Assembly: GCA_016781485.1 (NCBI GenBank)
Contig: JADDQH010000004.1
Location: 629 to 64,628, forward strand
Direction of reading: 5' to 3'
Length of the DNA stretch: 64,000 bases
DNA from: Chloroflexota bacterium
Lineage (GTDB): Bacteria > Chloroflexota > Limnocylindria > Limnocylindrales > CSP1-4
The notes beneath the pieces were generated by a model. It worked only from the letters and a program-made list of their open reading frames with translations, did not search any database and was not told the DNA's origin. Positions 1-9,205 of the stretch are shown here, in pieces; the first letter of the stretch is position 1; each line of letters opens with the position of its first letter. The position numbers were made by a program, and so were the translations under genes.

Positions 1-7
1 GGCACAG

Positions 8-1276
8 ATGCTCTACCTGAGCCAGGTGATCGGCAAGCCGGTGCGGGCGCGTGACGGCGAGCCGATCGGCAAGGTCGCGGACCTCATCGTCGCCATCGGC
101 GATCGCTACCCGCCGGTGACCGGACTCGTCGTCTCGACCGGCCGCCGCAAGATCTTCCTGCCCTGGTCGGACGTCGCCGCCTTCGACTCGACCGGCGCGA
201 CGCTCAAGACGCGGGTGCTCGACATCGGGAAGTTCACGCAGCGCCCGAACGAGCTCCTCCTGTTCGAGGACCTCCAGGACAAGCAGATCGTGGACCTTGA
301 CGGACGCAAGGTCGTGCGGGTGAACGACCTCCGCCTCGACGAGATCGAGGGGAGACTCCATCTGGTCGCGGTCGATGTCGGCGCGGGCGGCCTGCTCCGA
401 CGGCTGGGCATCGAGGGGCCGTTCCGGACGCTCGCGCGGAACCTGCGAGTGGCGGTCCCGGACCGGTACATCGACTGGGAGGACGTCGACCCGGTCGAGA
501 CGTCGATCGCGTCGATCCGCCTGCGCGTCCCCCACCAGGGCGTCCGTGAGCTCCACCCCGCCGACCTCGCCTCGATCATCGATCAGCTCGCGCCGCGCGA
601 CCGCGTCGGCATCATCGAGTCGCTCGACGACGAGGCCGCGGCGGATGCATTCGAGGAGATGGATCCCGAGACCCAGGTCGAGGTGCTCGAGGACCTCGAG
701 CCGGAGCGAGCGGCCGACATCCTCGAGGAGATGAGCCCCGACGACGCCGCCGATCTCGTGGCGGACCTGTCCGAGGAGGCACGGGCCGAGATCCTGCCGC
801 TCATGGAGCGCGAGGAGGCGGACGAGGTCCGCGAGCTGCTCGGCTACCCCGAGCAGTCGGCGGGCGGGATCATGACCACCGAGTACGTCTCGATCCCGGC
901 GAACCTGACGGCCGCCGAGACGATCGAGCGTCTGCGCGAGCTCGAGCCCGACGCCGAGACGATCTATTACGTCTACGTCGTCGACGAGGCCGGCCGCCTC
1001 GTGGGCGTCCTGTCGCTGCGGGACCTGATCGTCGCTCGTCCCGAACGGCCGGTGAGTGAATTCATGCAACCGGACCCCGTCGCCGTCGGCGTCCTCGCGC
1101 CGCAGGAGGAGGTAGCTCAGGTCGTCGCGCGCTACAACCTCCTCGCGGTCCCGGTCGTTGATGACGAGGGACGCCTGGAGGGGATCGTGACCGTCGACGA
1201 CGCGATCGACACCGTACTGCCGACGGCTTGGAAGCGACGCCTCCCCCGCGTCTTCAGCCGCAGCGCGTCCTCGTAG
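8..1276 (+). CDS. Soluble PRC-barrel + MgtE N-terminal (cytoplasmic) domain + tandem CBS protein; lacks the MgtE membrane domain
   Basis: 422-aa ORF. PRC-barrel-like repeats (VIGKPVRARDGEPIGKVADLIV; IVDLDGRKVVRVNDLRLD). Acidic helical MgtE_N-like block (DDEAAADAFEEMDPETQVEVLEDLEPERAADILEEMSPDDAADLVADLSEE). CBS pair (VVDEAGRLVGVLSLRDLI ... VPVVDDEGRLEGIVTVDDAID). No hydrophobic segment before the stop. The start is near the window edge, so the true start could lie upstream. Confidence 0.8.
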   Translation: MLYLSQVIGKPVRARDGEPIGKVADLIVAIGDRYPPVTGLVVSTGRRKIFLPWSDVAAFDSTGATLKTRVLDIGKFTQRPNELLLFEDLQDKQIVDLDGRKVVRVNDLRLDEIEGRLHLVAVDVGAGGLLRRLGIEGPFRTLARNLRVAVPDRYIDWEDVDPVETSIASIRLRVPHQGVRELHPADLASIIDQLAPRDRVGIIESLDDEAAADAFEEMDPETQVEVLEDLEPERAADILEEMSPDDAADLVADLSEEARAEILPLMEREEADEVRELLGYPEQSAGGIMTTEYVSIPANLTAAETIERLRELEPDAETIYYVYVVDEAGRLVGVLSLRDLIVARPERPVSEFMQPDPVAVGVLAPQEEVAQVVARYNLLAVPVVDDEGRLEGIVTVDDAIDTVLPTAWKRRLPRVFSRSASS

Positions 1277-1282
1277 TCCGCG

Positions 1283-2599
1283 ATGCCGGGGATCACGGCC
1301 CCCGTCTCACGCGCGGTCGGGCGTTTCACCGACCTCGCGCCCGATCTCCGGGGTCGCTTCCGGCGCCGAGGGGTGTTCGCGTTCCTGGCGGTCATGGGGC
1401 CCGGGCTCATCGCGGGGATCGCGGGCAACGACGCCGGTGGGATCGCGACGTACTCCGCCGTCGGGTCACGGACCGGGTTCGGGTTGCTGTGGTTGTTCCC
1501 CGTCACCATCGTCGTGCTCGCCGTGGTCCAGGAGATGGCGGCGCGGCTCGGAGTGGTCACCGGCCAGGGTCTCTCCGACCTCATCCGCGACCGATTCGGC
1601 GTCCGGTGGACCGCGTTCGCGATGCTCGTGCTGCTCGTCGCGAACCTCGCGAACACCGTGGCCGAGTTCGCCGGCGCAGCCGCCGCGCTGGAGATCTTCG
1701 CGGTCCCGCGGCTGATCACCGTGCCGATCGTCGCGGTCGCGATCTGGGCTCTGGTCCTGTTCGCCAGCTACCGCGCCGTGGAGCGGGTGTTCCTGTCGGT
1801 GATGGTCGTGTTCCTTGCGTACATCGCGTCGGCATTCCTTGCCCGCCCCGATTGGGCGCAGGTCGGGCAGGCACTCGTGACCCCGAACCTCGCGGTGGGC
1901 GCCGAGACACTGTTGCTCATGGTCGCGTTCGTCGGCACCACGATCACGCCCTACATGCAGTTCTACCTGCAGTCGGCGGTCGCCGAGAAGGGGATCGATG
2001 AGGAGGAGCTGAAGCTGGAGCAGGCGGACGCGATCGGGGGGGCCGTCTGGACGAACGTGATCGCGCTGTTCATCGTCGTCGCGACGGCCCAGACGCTGTT
2101 CCTGAACGGGATCCGCGTGGAGGACGCGGCGCAGGCGGCGGAGGCACTCGGCCCGGTCGCGGGGAACCTGGCGCGGGTCCTGTTCGCGGTGGGGCTCTTC
2201 GGCGCGAGCGTGCTCGCCGCGACCATCATGCCCATCAGCACGGCCTTCGTCATCTGCGAGGCGTTCGGCTGGGAGTCGGGCGTCGGCAAGCGCTTCGCCG
2301 ACGCGCCGGCGTTCTTTGCGCTCTACACGTTCGTCCTGTTCGTGGGTGCGCTCGTCGTGCTCATCCCCGGGCTCCCGCTGCTGCGCGTCATCCTCGTCAG
2401 CCAGAACCTCCAGGGGCTGCTGCTCCCGGTCGTGTTGCTATTCATGCTGAAGCTCGTGAACGACCGCCGACTGCTCGGGCGGCACGTGAACGGCGTCAAG
2501 CGGAACCTCCTCGCCGCCGTCGCCGTCGGGCTCGTCATCCTGCTCGACCTGATGCTCCTCGGCTCGGCGGCGCTCGAGGCGGTCGGCCTCAGGACGTGA
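1283..2599 (+). CDS. NRAMP-family cation transporter with non-canonical metal-site motifs (NRMT-like, possible Mg2+ transporter)
   Basis: 438-aa polytopic ORF starting 6 nt after the CBS protein stop. TM1 region GPGLIAGIAGNDAGGIATYS aligns to the canonical GPG..S.GY.DPGN..T, so DPGN reads DAGG. TM6 region VGTTITPYMQFYLQS aligns to the canonical GA..MPHN..LHS, so the Met and His are absent. Confidence 0.8.
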   Translation: MPGITAPVSRAVGRFTDLAPDLRGRFRRRGVFAFLAVMGPGLIAGIAGNDAGGIATYSAVGSRTGFGLLWLFPVTIVVLAVVQEMAARLGVVTGQGLSDLIRDRFGVRWTAFAMLVLLVANLANTVAEFAGAAAALEIFAVPRLITVPIVAVAIWALVLFASYRAVERVFLSVMVVFLAYIASAFLARPDWAQVGQALVTPNLAVGAETLLLMVAFVGTTITPYMQFYLQSAVAEKGIDEEELKLEQADAIGGAVWTNVIALFIVVATAQTLFLNGIRVEDAAQAAEALGPVAGNLARVLFAVGLFGASVLAATIMPISTAFVICEAFGWESGVGKRFADAPAFFALYTFVLFVGALVVLIPGLPLLRVILVSQNLQGLLLPVVLLFMLKLVNDRRLLGRHVNGVKRNLLAAVAVGLVILLDLMLLGSAALEAVGLRT

Positions 2600-4263
2600 C
2601 CGTGCCCGAGCGTCGCTCGATGCCCCGACGGCCTCGTCTCGCGCGTCCGCTTCCGCTCCACCCGATCCTCCTCGCGGCTTACCCGATCCTCTTCCTGTGG
2701 TCCCAGAACCTTGCCGAGGTCACGCTCGCCGACGCCCTGCCTCCGCTTGCCCAGGTGACGGCGGCAACGCTTGCGCTCCTGACCGTCCTTTGGCTCCTGC
2801 TCCGGAACGCGGCCCGTGCAGCCATCATCGCGTCCGCACTCGTCGTCGCGTTCCTCACGTTCGGCCACGCTCAACGCCTGCTGGCGCCGCTCCGGGTAGG
2901 ACATCCCGTCCAATTCGGCGGGTCGCTCCTCTTCGTCGCGATCGCGGTGCTGTTCGCGCTTCGGTCGACTCGTTCGCTCGCGCCCGCCACCTCCGGCCTG
3001 AACATCGTGGCTGGCGTGCTCGTCGCGGTGACGCTCGTGTCGATCGTCCCGCGAGAGCTGTCGAGAGCGGGATCGGAACGCGGTGTCGCAGCTCCGACGA
3101 CGAGCGACGCGGAGGCCGGGCCCGCGGCGCCGAGAGATATCTACTACCTCGTCTTCGACCGGTACGGATCCGAGTCGTCACTCCGCCTCCGGTACGGCGT
3201 CGACAACGACCTCCCCGAGTGGCTCGTGCAGCAAGGGTTCTTCGTGGCCGACCGCAGCCACGCGAACTACGCGCGAACACCCCTCTCGCTCGCGACCTCG
3301 CTGAACATGAGATACCTCGACGATCTGACGAGTCGGTACGGGCGCGAGACCAACGACCTGACGCCCGTGTACGGGATGATCAAGGACCATTCCGTCGGGC
3401 GCCTCCTGAAGTCCAGGGGCTACCGCTACGTCCACATCGGTTCCTGGTGGGAAGCCACCAGGACAAGCCCGATCGCGGACGTCAACCTGAACGTCGCCGG
3501 CGAGTCCGAGTTCTCGTCCGTGTTCTACGACTCGACGATGCTGCCCTACCTGTTCGGACAGGCTGGCAAGAAGCGACCGACGCGACGCGAGGCGCACCGA
3601 GCCAGCGCGCTGTACCAGTTCGAACAGCTCGACAAGCTCGTTTCGATGCCCGGTCCGAAATTCGTGTTCGGACACGTGCTGCTCCCGCATCCGCCACTCG
3701 TGTTCCACGCCGACGGCTCGCCGATCACGCCGGCGGAACTCCGGAAGACGCCTGCTGAGGAGCTGTACAGGGAGCAGCTTGCGTTCACGAACGCGCGGAT
3801 CCGCCGACTCGTCGAGTCGCTTCTCAGCGGCCCGGAGGCTTCCAGGCCGATCGTGATCCTTCAAGCGGACGAAGGACCGTACCTCGAGGATCGCAAGCCG
3901 TCACAGGAGGACGCGTATCGGATCCGCTACGGGATCCTGAACGCCTTCTATCTTCCCGACCTCCAAGGCGCCGGCCCGTATCCGACGATCACTCCGGTCA
4001 ACGCCTTCCGGCTGTTGCTCAGTCGCTACTTCGGTGCCCACCTCCCGCTGCTGCCGGACCGCAGCTTCAGCTGGCCGACCGTATTCGCGCCGCATCCGAA
4101 GTACGACCAGCGCATATACGACTTCACGGAGATCACGCATCTGCTCGTGACGCCCTCGGGATCGATGCCGCAGTCGGCCTCGACGGTCCCGGCGAACAGG
4201 GTCAGGCCGAGGTCTTCTCCAAGGGGTAACCCGCAGCGTGCCAGGCGGGCACACCGCCGCTGA
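2596..4263 (+). CDS. Polytopic membrane protein with extracytoplasmic alkaline-phosphatase/sulfatase-fold domain (LtaS/EptA/OpgB-like), paralog A
   Basis: 555-aa ORF. The GTG start overlaps the transporter stop (GTGA). Hydrophobic N-terminal ~170 aa. Soluble domain motifs: DIYYLVFDRYGSESS, ANYARTPLSLATSLN, HVLLPHPP, LQADEGPY. Homologous along its full length to 12872-14578 and 14908-16524. Confidence 0.65.
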   Translation: MTVPERRSMPRRPRLARPLPLHPILLAAYPILFLWSQNLAEVTLADALPPLAQVTAATLALLTVLWLLLRNAARAAIIASALVVAFLTFGHAQRLLAPLRVGHPVQFGGSLLFVAIAVLFALRSTRSLAPATSGLNIVAGVLVAVTLVSIVPRELSRAGSERGVAAPTTSDAEAGPAAPRDIYYLVFDRYGSESSLRLRYGVDNDLPEWLVQQGFFVADRSHANYARTPLSLATSLNMRYLDDLTSRYGRETNDLTPVYGMIKDHSVGRLLKSRGYRYVHIGSWWEATRTSPIADVNLNVAGESEFSSVFYDSTMLPYLFGQAGKKRPTRREAHRASALYQFEQLDKLVSMPGPKFVFGHVLLPHPPLVFHADGSPITPAELRKTPAEELYREQLAFTNARIRRLVESLLSGPEASRPIVILQADEGPYLEDRKPSQEDAYRIRYGILNAFYLPDLQGAGPYPTITPVNAFRLLLSRYFGAHLPLLPDRSFSWPTVFAPHPKYDQRIYDFTEITHLLVTPSGSMPQSASTVPANRVRPRSSPRGNPQRARRAHRR

Positions 4264-5626
4264 CCCAGGTCACGCGCTCGAACCCGGCGTCGCGCAGAAG
4301 GCTGGCGGCAACGGAACTGCGATAGCCGGCGGCACAGATCGTCAGGATGGGTCGGTCGCGTGGCAGCTCTGCGAGACGATCGGGCACGTCGCCCGCCATC
4401 AGGTGCACCGCGCCGGGGACATGTCCGCGCTCGTACTCGTCACGCTGCCGCACGTCGAGCACGAGCGGCGAGCGGTCTCCGGTGCGGGCGCCGCCGCCGA
4501 GAGGGCCATCGGCGGCGAGCACGTCGCGCAGCTCGCTCACGGTCAGCCGGTCCGTCGTCTCGATCGGTGCACCGAGCGAGTGCCAGGCCGCGAACCCTCC
4601 GTGCAGGTATCCCTCGACGTTGTCGTACCCGATCCGGAGCGCCTGCCGCACGGCGTCGTCCCAGTCAGCGGGGGAGTCGAGCACGAAGATGAGTGGTCGG
4701 TCGGGTGGAACGACCCACCCGAGCCACGTCCCGAACGAGGTGCCCGCAGGGAGCGACACGGAACCTGGGATATGAGCGATCGCGTGCTCGGCCGGCGAGC
4801 GGAGATCGATCACGAGATGGTCGGCGGCGGCGAGCTCACGAACACGGGCGACCTGGAGCGGTCGCGGGACCGGCAGGCGGCCGACCGGCGCCGGCCCGGC
4901 CTGGTTGATGGACCGCATCCGGCTGAAGTAGCGCGGGTAGGAAGGCTGATGGGCGAGGAGCACCCGGGCGAACTCCTCGGCGTCCTCGATCGCAAGCAGA
5001 GGATTGTGTCGCCGCTCGTAGCCGAGGGTGCTGCTCGGCGTCGAGGAGATGGAGCTGGAGCAGAGCGATCCGCCGCCGTGTGTCGGCAGGATGCCTACGA
5101 AGTCCTGGTGGCGCAGGATCCGGTCGTGGAGTGACGCGAACAGCTGCCGAGCGTACGGGACCGCATTCGAGTCGCCAAGGAGGTCCGTCCGGCCGACCGC
5201 GCCGACGAGCAGGGAGCCGCCGGTGAACATCAGCAGCGGCTCGGCGGCACGTGCCACGTCCGAGACCGCGTAGCAGACGTGCTCCGGGGTGTGACCAGGT
5301 GTCTCGAGGACCTGGAGGCGCAGTGAGCCGACGTCGACGGCGTCCCCGTCGCGTACGCCCCGGAAGTCGTACGCCAGCTGTGCGCCCGCGCCGATCAGCT
5401 GCTCGGCGCCGGTCACCTCCGCGAGCTCTCGCGCTCCGGAGACGTAGTCGTTGTGGAGATGCGTCTCCACGACGTGCGTGATGCGCAGATCCAGGCGGCG
5501 AGCCTCGTCGAGGTAGACGTCGATGTCTCTGCGCGGGTCGACGACCGCGGCCGTCCCGGCCGCATCGTCACCGATGAGGGCGCTCAGGTGTCCAAGGCCC
5601 TGGATCGGGAACTGGCGCAGGTGCAT
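4202..5626 (-). CDS. MBL-fold metallo-hydrolase fused to two rhodanese domains (persulfide dioxygenase/sulfurtransferase-like)
   Basis: Real start taken at MHLRQFPIQGLG (ATG at 5626). The 854-aa track ORF extends upstream only as low-complexity sequence. MBL motif THLHNDY plus ETPGHTPEH. C-terminal rhodanese with active-site loop CAAGYRS. The middle rhodanese lacks Cys. Confidence 0.8.
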   Translation of the reverse strand: MHLRQFPIQGLGHLSALIGDDAAGTAAVVDPRRDIDVYLDEARRLDLRITHVVETHLHNDYVSGARELAEVTGAEQLIGAGAQLAYDFRGVRDGDAVDVGSLRLQVLETPGHTPEHVCYAVSDVARAAEPLLMFTGGSLLVGAVGRTDLLGDSNAVPYARQLFASLHDRILRHQDFVGILPTHGGGSLCSSSISSTPSSTLGYERRHNPLLAIEDAEEFARVLLAHQPSYPRYFSRMRSINQAGPAPVGRLPVPRPLQVARVRELAAADHLVIDLRSPAEHAIAHIPGSVSLPAGTSFGTWLGWVVPPDRPLIFVLDSPADWDDAVRQALRIGYDNVEGYLHGGFAAWHSLGAPIETTDRLTVSELRDVLAADGPLGGGARTGDRSPLVLDVRQRDEYERGHVPGAVHLMAGDVPDRLAELPRDRPILTICAAGYRSSVAASLLRDAGFERVTWVSGGVPAWHAAGYPLEKTSA

Positions 5627-5701
5627 CGCGCCGAGGATACCGCCACGACTCGTGTCGCCGCGGGCCACTGGACCGCGGACGCGGGGGAGAAGCGCCGGAG
5701 C

Positions 5702-7054
5702 ATGTTCAAATGGCGACAACGCGTCGCCGAGCCGACGCGAGCGAGAGGGAGGCGAGTGGCCGGAAAGCGCGTGGCCCGAGCGGCACGAGCGGTCGAAACA
5801 CCTGCAGCACCGCGCGTACACGTCCCGGTGACCGACGCGGCCGGAAAGCCGTGGCGGAAGGACCGCGGGACGGACGGCGGTCGTCGCGAGCCAACGACCC
5901 CTCGGCGGGCGCTGGCCAGGGTCGGCGTGACGCTGCGTTCGTGGTTTCCCGTCGAGGTCCTGGCCACGTTCGTCGCCACTCGGGCGATCCTGACGCTCGT
6001 CGGCTTCCTGTCCATCACGGCGGTCGCTCCCAACCCGTACCGATTCGACTGGGACGCATCCGACCACCCGCTCGTCAACGCATGGTCCCGCTGGGATTCG
6101 TACTGGTACGTACGGATCGCCGACGACGGGTACGGCTACATCCCCGGGAAGGAGTCGAGTGTCGCGTTCTTCCCGCTGTACCCGATGCTCATCAGGCTGG
6201 CCGGGTGGTTCGTGGGCGCCAGCGGACCGGAGATGCTCGCCATCCTGGGGATCGTCATCTCCAACCTCGCGCTGCTCGCAGCGGTCGCCGCCGTCATCCT
6301 CCTCGTACGCCTCGACTTCGATGAGGCCACCGCACGCAGGACCGCCTCGTACCTCCTGCTCTTCCCATCGAGCTTCTTCCTCTCTGCCGTCTACCCGGAG
6401 TCGCTGTTCCTCGCGCTCGCGGTCGCTTCGCTCTACTTCGCGCGGACCGACCGGTGGGTGGTCGCGGCGCTGCTCGCGACCGCCGCAACGCTGACCCGCC
6501 CATACGGGCTGTTCCTCGCCGTGGCGCTCGTCTTCGAGTACGCCGCGCAGCGTGGGTTCCGGCTGCGCGCCGTGCGCCCCGATGTGCTCGCCCTCGGCCT
6601 CATCCCGTCCGCCCTCGCGGCGTACTTCCTCTACCTGGGCGCCTCGTTCGGCGACCCGCTCGCGGCGCTCCACGCACAGAAGGCGTGGGGACGAGAACTC
6701 ACGGTGCCGTGGGACGCGTTCACCACATTCTTCAGCGCACCCTTCAGCAAGCACGGAGGGAAGCACTCTCCGTTCGATCTCGGCTTCACGCTCGTGTCGC
6801 TGGTCCTCGTGGCGCTTTCCTGGCGCTTCGTACGACCGAGCTACGCCTTGTTCGCGACCGTGCTACTGCTGGGTGTGCTTTCCACGGGCACGCTGTGGTC
6901 GATGGTCCGGTTCGCCGTGAGTCCCTTCCCGGCGTTCATCGTGCTGGCGATCGCCGGACGGCACCCGCTGTTCGACCGCGCCTACGTCGTCGTCTCGGTC
7001 GGCCTCGGGGCGCTGTTCATGGGCATGTACGCGCAGTGGTACTGGGTCGGCTGA
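5702..7054 (+). CDS. PIG-V-like (GPI mannosyltransferase 2-like) GT-C family polytopic glycosyltransferase, paralog A
   Basis: Motifs NAWSRWDSYWYVRIADDGYGY, SVAFFPLYP, LLFPSSFFLSAVYPESLFLAL, TLTRPYG; multiple TM segments. Homologous to 9487-10689 and 26740-27963. The start is uncertain (ATG 5702; alternative GTG at 5927). Confidence 0.65.
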   Translation: MFKWRQRVAEPTRARGRRVAGKRVARAARAVETPAAPRVHVPVTDAAGKPWRKDRGTDGGRREPTTPRRALARVGVTLRSWFPVEVLATFVATRAILTLVGFLSITAVAPNPYRFDWDASDHPLVNAWSRWDSYWYVRIADDGYGYIPGKESSVAFFPLYPMLIRLAGWFVGASGPEMLAILGIVISNLALLAAVAAVILLVRLDFDEATARRTASYLLLFPSSFFLSAVYPESLFLALAVASLYFARTDRWVVAALLATAATLTRPYGLFLAVALVFEYAAQRGFRLRAVRPDVLALGLIPSALAAYFLYLGASFGDPLAALHAQKAWGRELTVPWDAFTTFFSAPFSKHGGKHSPFDLGFTLVSLVLVALSWRFVRPSYALFATVLLLGVLSTGTLWSMVRFAVSPFPAFIVLAIAGRHPLFDRAYVVVSVGLGALFMGMYAQWYWVG

Positions 7055-7057
7055 ACG

Positions 7058-9205
7058 TCAGCTCGCTGGCTGCGGCGCCGTTCCCCACCCTGCAGGCTGC
7101 TCTTCGTGCTCGATCTCGAGATCTCGATCCGCGAGCCGTCGGAAGCGCGTCGCGAACAGGTAGGCGAGTGCGTACAGGCCCGCGACCACGAGCAGCAAGG
7201 CGCTGTATCCGGTGAGCAGCGCCAGGTACTCGAGCACCCCGCCGAACATGGCGCCCAGGAGATTGCTCGCGAAGGCCATGTCGGCGGTGCGGGTGTCGCG
7301 GAAGGAGTAGCTGAACACGAGGTTGGCGAAGAACACCGGGGCGAACGCGACGGCCGCCGCGAGCACGTATCGGAGCGCCGGCGGGTCGATGAGGAGCGAC
7401 TCGGGCGGCAGGAAGAAGGCGAGCGCGATGGACGCGAACAATCCGGCGTAGAAGAACGTGGGACGCCGGACGGGGAACCGCGCGTTGACGAAGATCGCCA
7501 GCAGCACGCTCGCAAGGATGGCGAAGAAGGCGAATGCGTTGACGATCCAGGTGGTGCCGAACAGCAGGCTGAAGGAGACGAGGCTGCGCGTCTCGAGCAG
7601 CAGGAACGCGACACCGAGGACGAAGAAGTGGGGGCTGAAGCGGCGGAGGCTGGTGCCGGTGACGCGCGCCGCCCCGGCCACCGCAGCGACCGCCGCGACC
7701 AGCACGAATGCCAGCGCGATCAGGTAGTAGTCCGCGATGAAGGGGGTGCGCAGGTACAGGAACGGCCAGTCGTCGGTGGCCGGCTTGGGAGTCGGCGCGG
7801 TGACGGCCGGCACCGGGTCGACCGTGTCACCCGGCGGCGGACCGCCGTTCAGCGCGGCGACGGCCGGGCCGGCCGCGAGCGCGGCCTTGACGTGGCTCCA
7901 CGTGCGCAGCAGTGGCTGGTGGCCGAAGGTGTCCTTCAGCATGTCGGAGAGCTTGGCCACGAGCCAAGGCTCTCGGTAGTAGTTGTAGAGGATGAAGACG
8001 CCGTCGGAGTCGAGGTGGTCGCGGACGCTTGCGAACGCCTGCTCGGTGAACAGGAACGACTCCAGGCGGATGTTCGCGGCTGTGCTCACCAGCGTGAGCG
8101 AGTCGGGCAGCGCGAAGATGACCAGGTCGTACTTCTTGTCCGTGTTCCGCAGGAACGCACGCCCGTCGTTGTTGATGCGGGTGACGCGGGGGTCGCTGTA
8201 CGGCCGGTTCGGATGGCGCTCGAGGCCGAGTTGCTGGATCTTGGGGTCGATCTCCACGGCGTCGATGTGTCGGGCGCCGCGAGCGACCGCGATCGCGGAG
8301 TCGGTGCCGCTTCCGGCGCCGACGATCAGGACGTTGTCGTACGTCCGGCCGGGGAACCAGCGATAGATCTGCTCGTAGAACTCTTCCTTTCCGCGGTCAT
8401 TGACCGGCCACATCCCCTGGTGCGGGATCCCGTTCACGTTGATGCCGGTCTTGCCCGAGTAGTCCGTGTAGGCCGTGATCCGGTAGTACGGCGACCACGT
8501 GTCGGTGGGGCGCGCCCCCAGCGTGGTGACGACGAGCACCGCGAGCATGGCGCCGATCCCCACGAGCGACATCGGCTTGACGCCGGCGCCGAGGATCAGC
8601 AGCGCGAGGAGCACGGCGGCGACCGCGAACCACAGGATCGGGCTCGTGCCGCCGGCCGACAGCACGGTGAAGCCGGCGATCCCTGCCATCGAGCCGCCGA
8701 TGTCGATGGCGTAGGCGCGGAGCGGGGGCATGCTCCGAAGGAGCGGGCCGAGTGGCAGGGCGAGCGCGGCCATCAGTGCGCCGACGAGCGCGATGACGAG
8801 CGGCAGCACGAGGAAATTGACGTCGGCACTCTTGCTCTCGGCGAGACCGAAGAACAGCTCGTTCTGGCTGTTGACCTGGACGTTGAGCCGCGCCTGGTGG
8901 ACGAGCAGGACGACGCCGAGGAGCAGCAGCGCGAACGGGGAGACGACGAGGTCCTGGCGCTTCCGCCCGAGCAGGATCCCGAGCCCGATCCCGAGGAAGC
9001 TCGCCATCAGCAGGAAGTTGCTGAAGAAGCTCACGTACGTGACGTTCGCCGGGATCCACCGGATGAGCAGAAGCTCGACGAAGAGGACCGTGGCGCTGGT
9101 CAGGAACAGTCGCACCCCATTGCCGGCGAGGAACGGGATCGGCGGGATCAGCGACGCGTCTGCTCTCCTGGCGGCCGGCGCCGCGGCGCTCGCCTCAGCG
9201 TTCAA
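7058..9205 (-). CDS. Spermidine-synthase-fold (class I SAM/dcSAM-binding) enzyme flanked by N- and C-terminal polytopic membrane modules
   Basis: 715-aa ORF. Central motif VLIVGAGSGTDSAIAVARGARHIDAVEIDPKI ... DLVIFALPDS. About 7 TM segments before and about 6 after. The two membrane modules share related motifs (IDIGGSMAGIAGF vs SNLLGAMFGGVLEY). Confidence 0.65.
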   Translation of the reverse strand: MNAEASAAAPAARRADASLIPPIPFLAGNGVRLFLTSATVLFVELLLIRWIPANVTYVSFFSNFLLMASFLGIGLGILLGRKRQDLVVSPFALLLLGVVLLVHQARLNVQVNSQNELFFGLAESKSADVNFLVLPLVIALVGALMAALALPLGPLLRSMPPLRAYAIDIGGSMAGIAGFTVLSAGGTSPILWFAVAAVLLALLILGAGVKPMSLVGIGAMLAVLVVTTLGARPTDTWSPYYRITAYTDYSGKTGINVNGIPHQGMWPVNDRGKEEFYEQIYRWFPGRTYDNVLIVGAGSGTDSAIAVARGARHIDAVEIDPKIQQLGLERHPNRPYSDPRVTRINNDGRAFLRNTDKKYDLVIFALPDSLTLVSTAANIRLESFLFTEQAFASVRDHLDSDGVFILYNYYREPWLVAKLSDMLKDTFGHQPLLRTWSHVKAALAAGPAVAALNGGPPPGDTVDPVPAVTAPTPKPATDDWPFLYLRTPFIADYYLIALAFVLVAAVAAVAGAARVTGTSLRRFSPHFFVLGVAFLLLETRSLVSFSLLFGTTWIVNAFAFFAILASVLLAIFVNARFPVRRPTFFYAGLFASIALAFFLPPESLLIDPPALRYVLAAAVAFAPVFFANLVFSYSFRDTRTADMAFASNLLGAMFGGVLEYLALLTGYSALLLVVAGLYALAYLFATRFRRLADRDLEIEHEEQPAGWGTAPQPAS

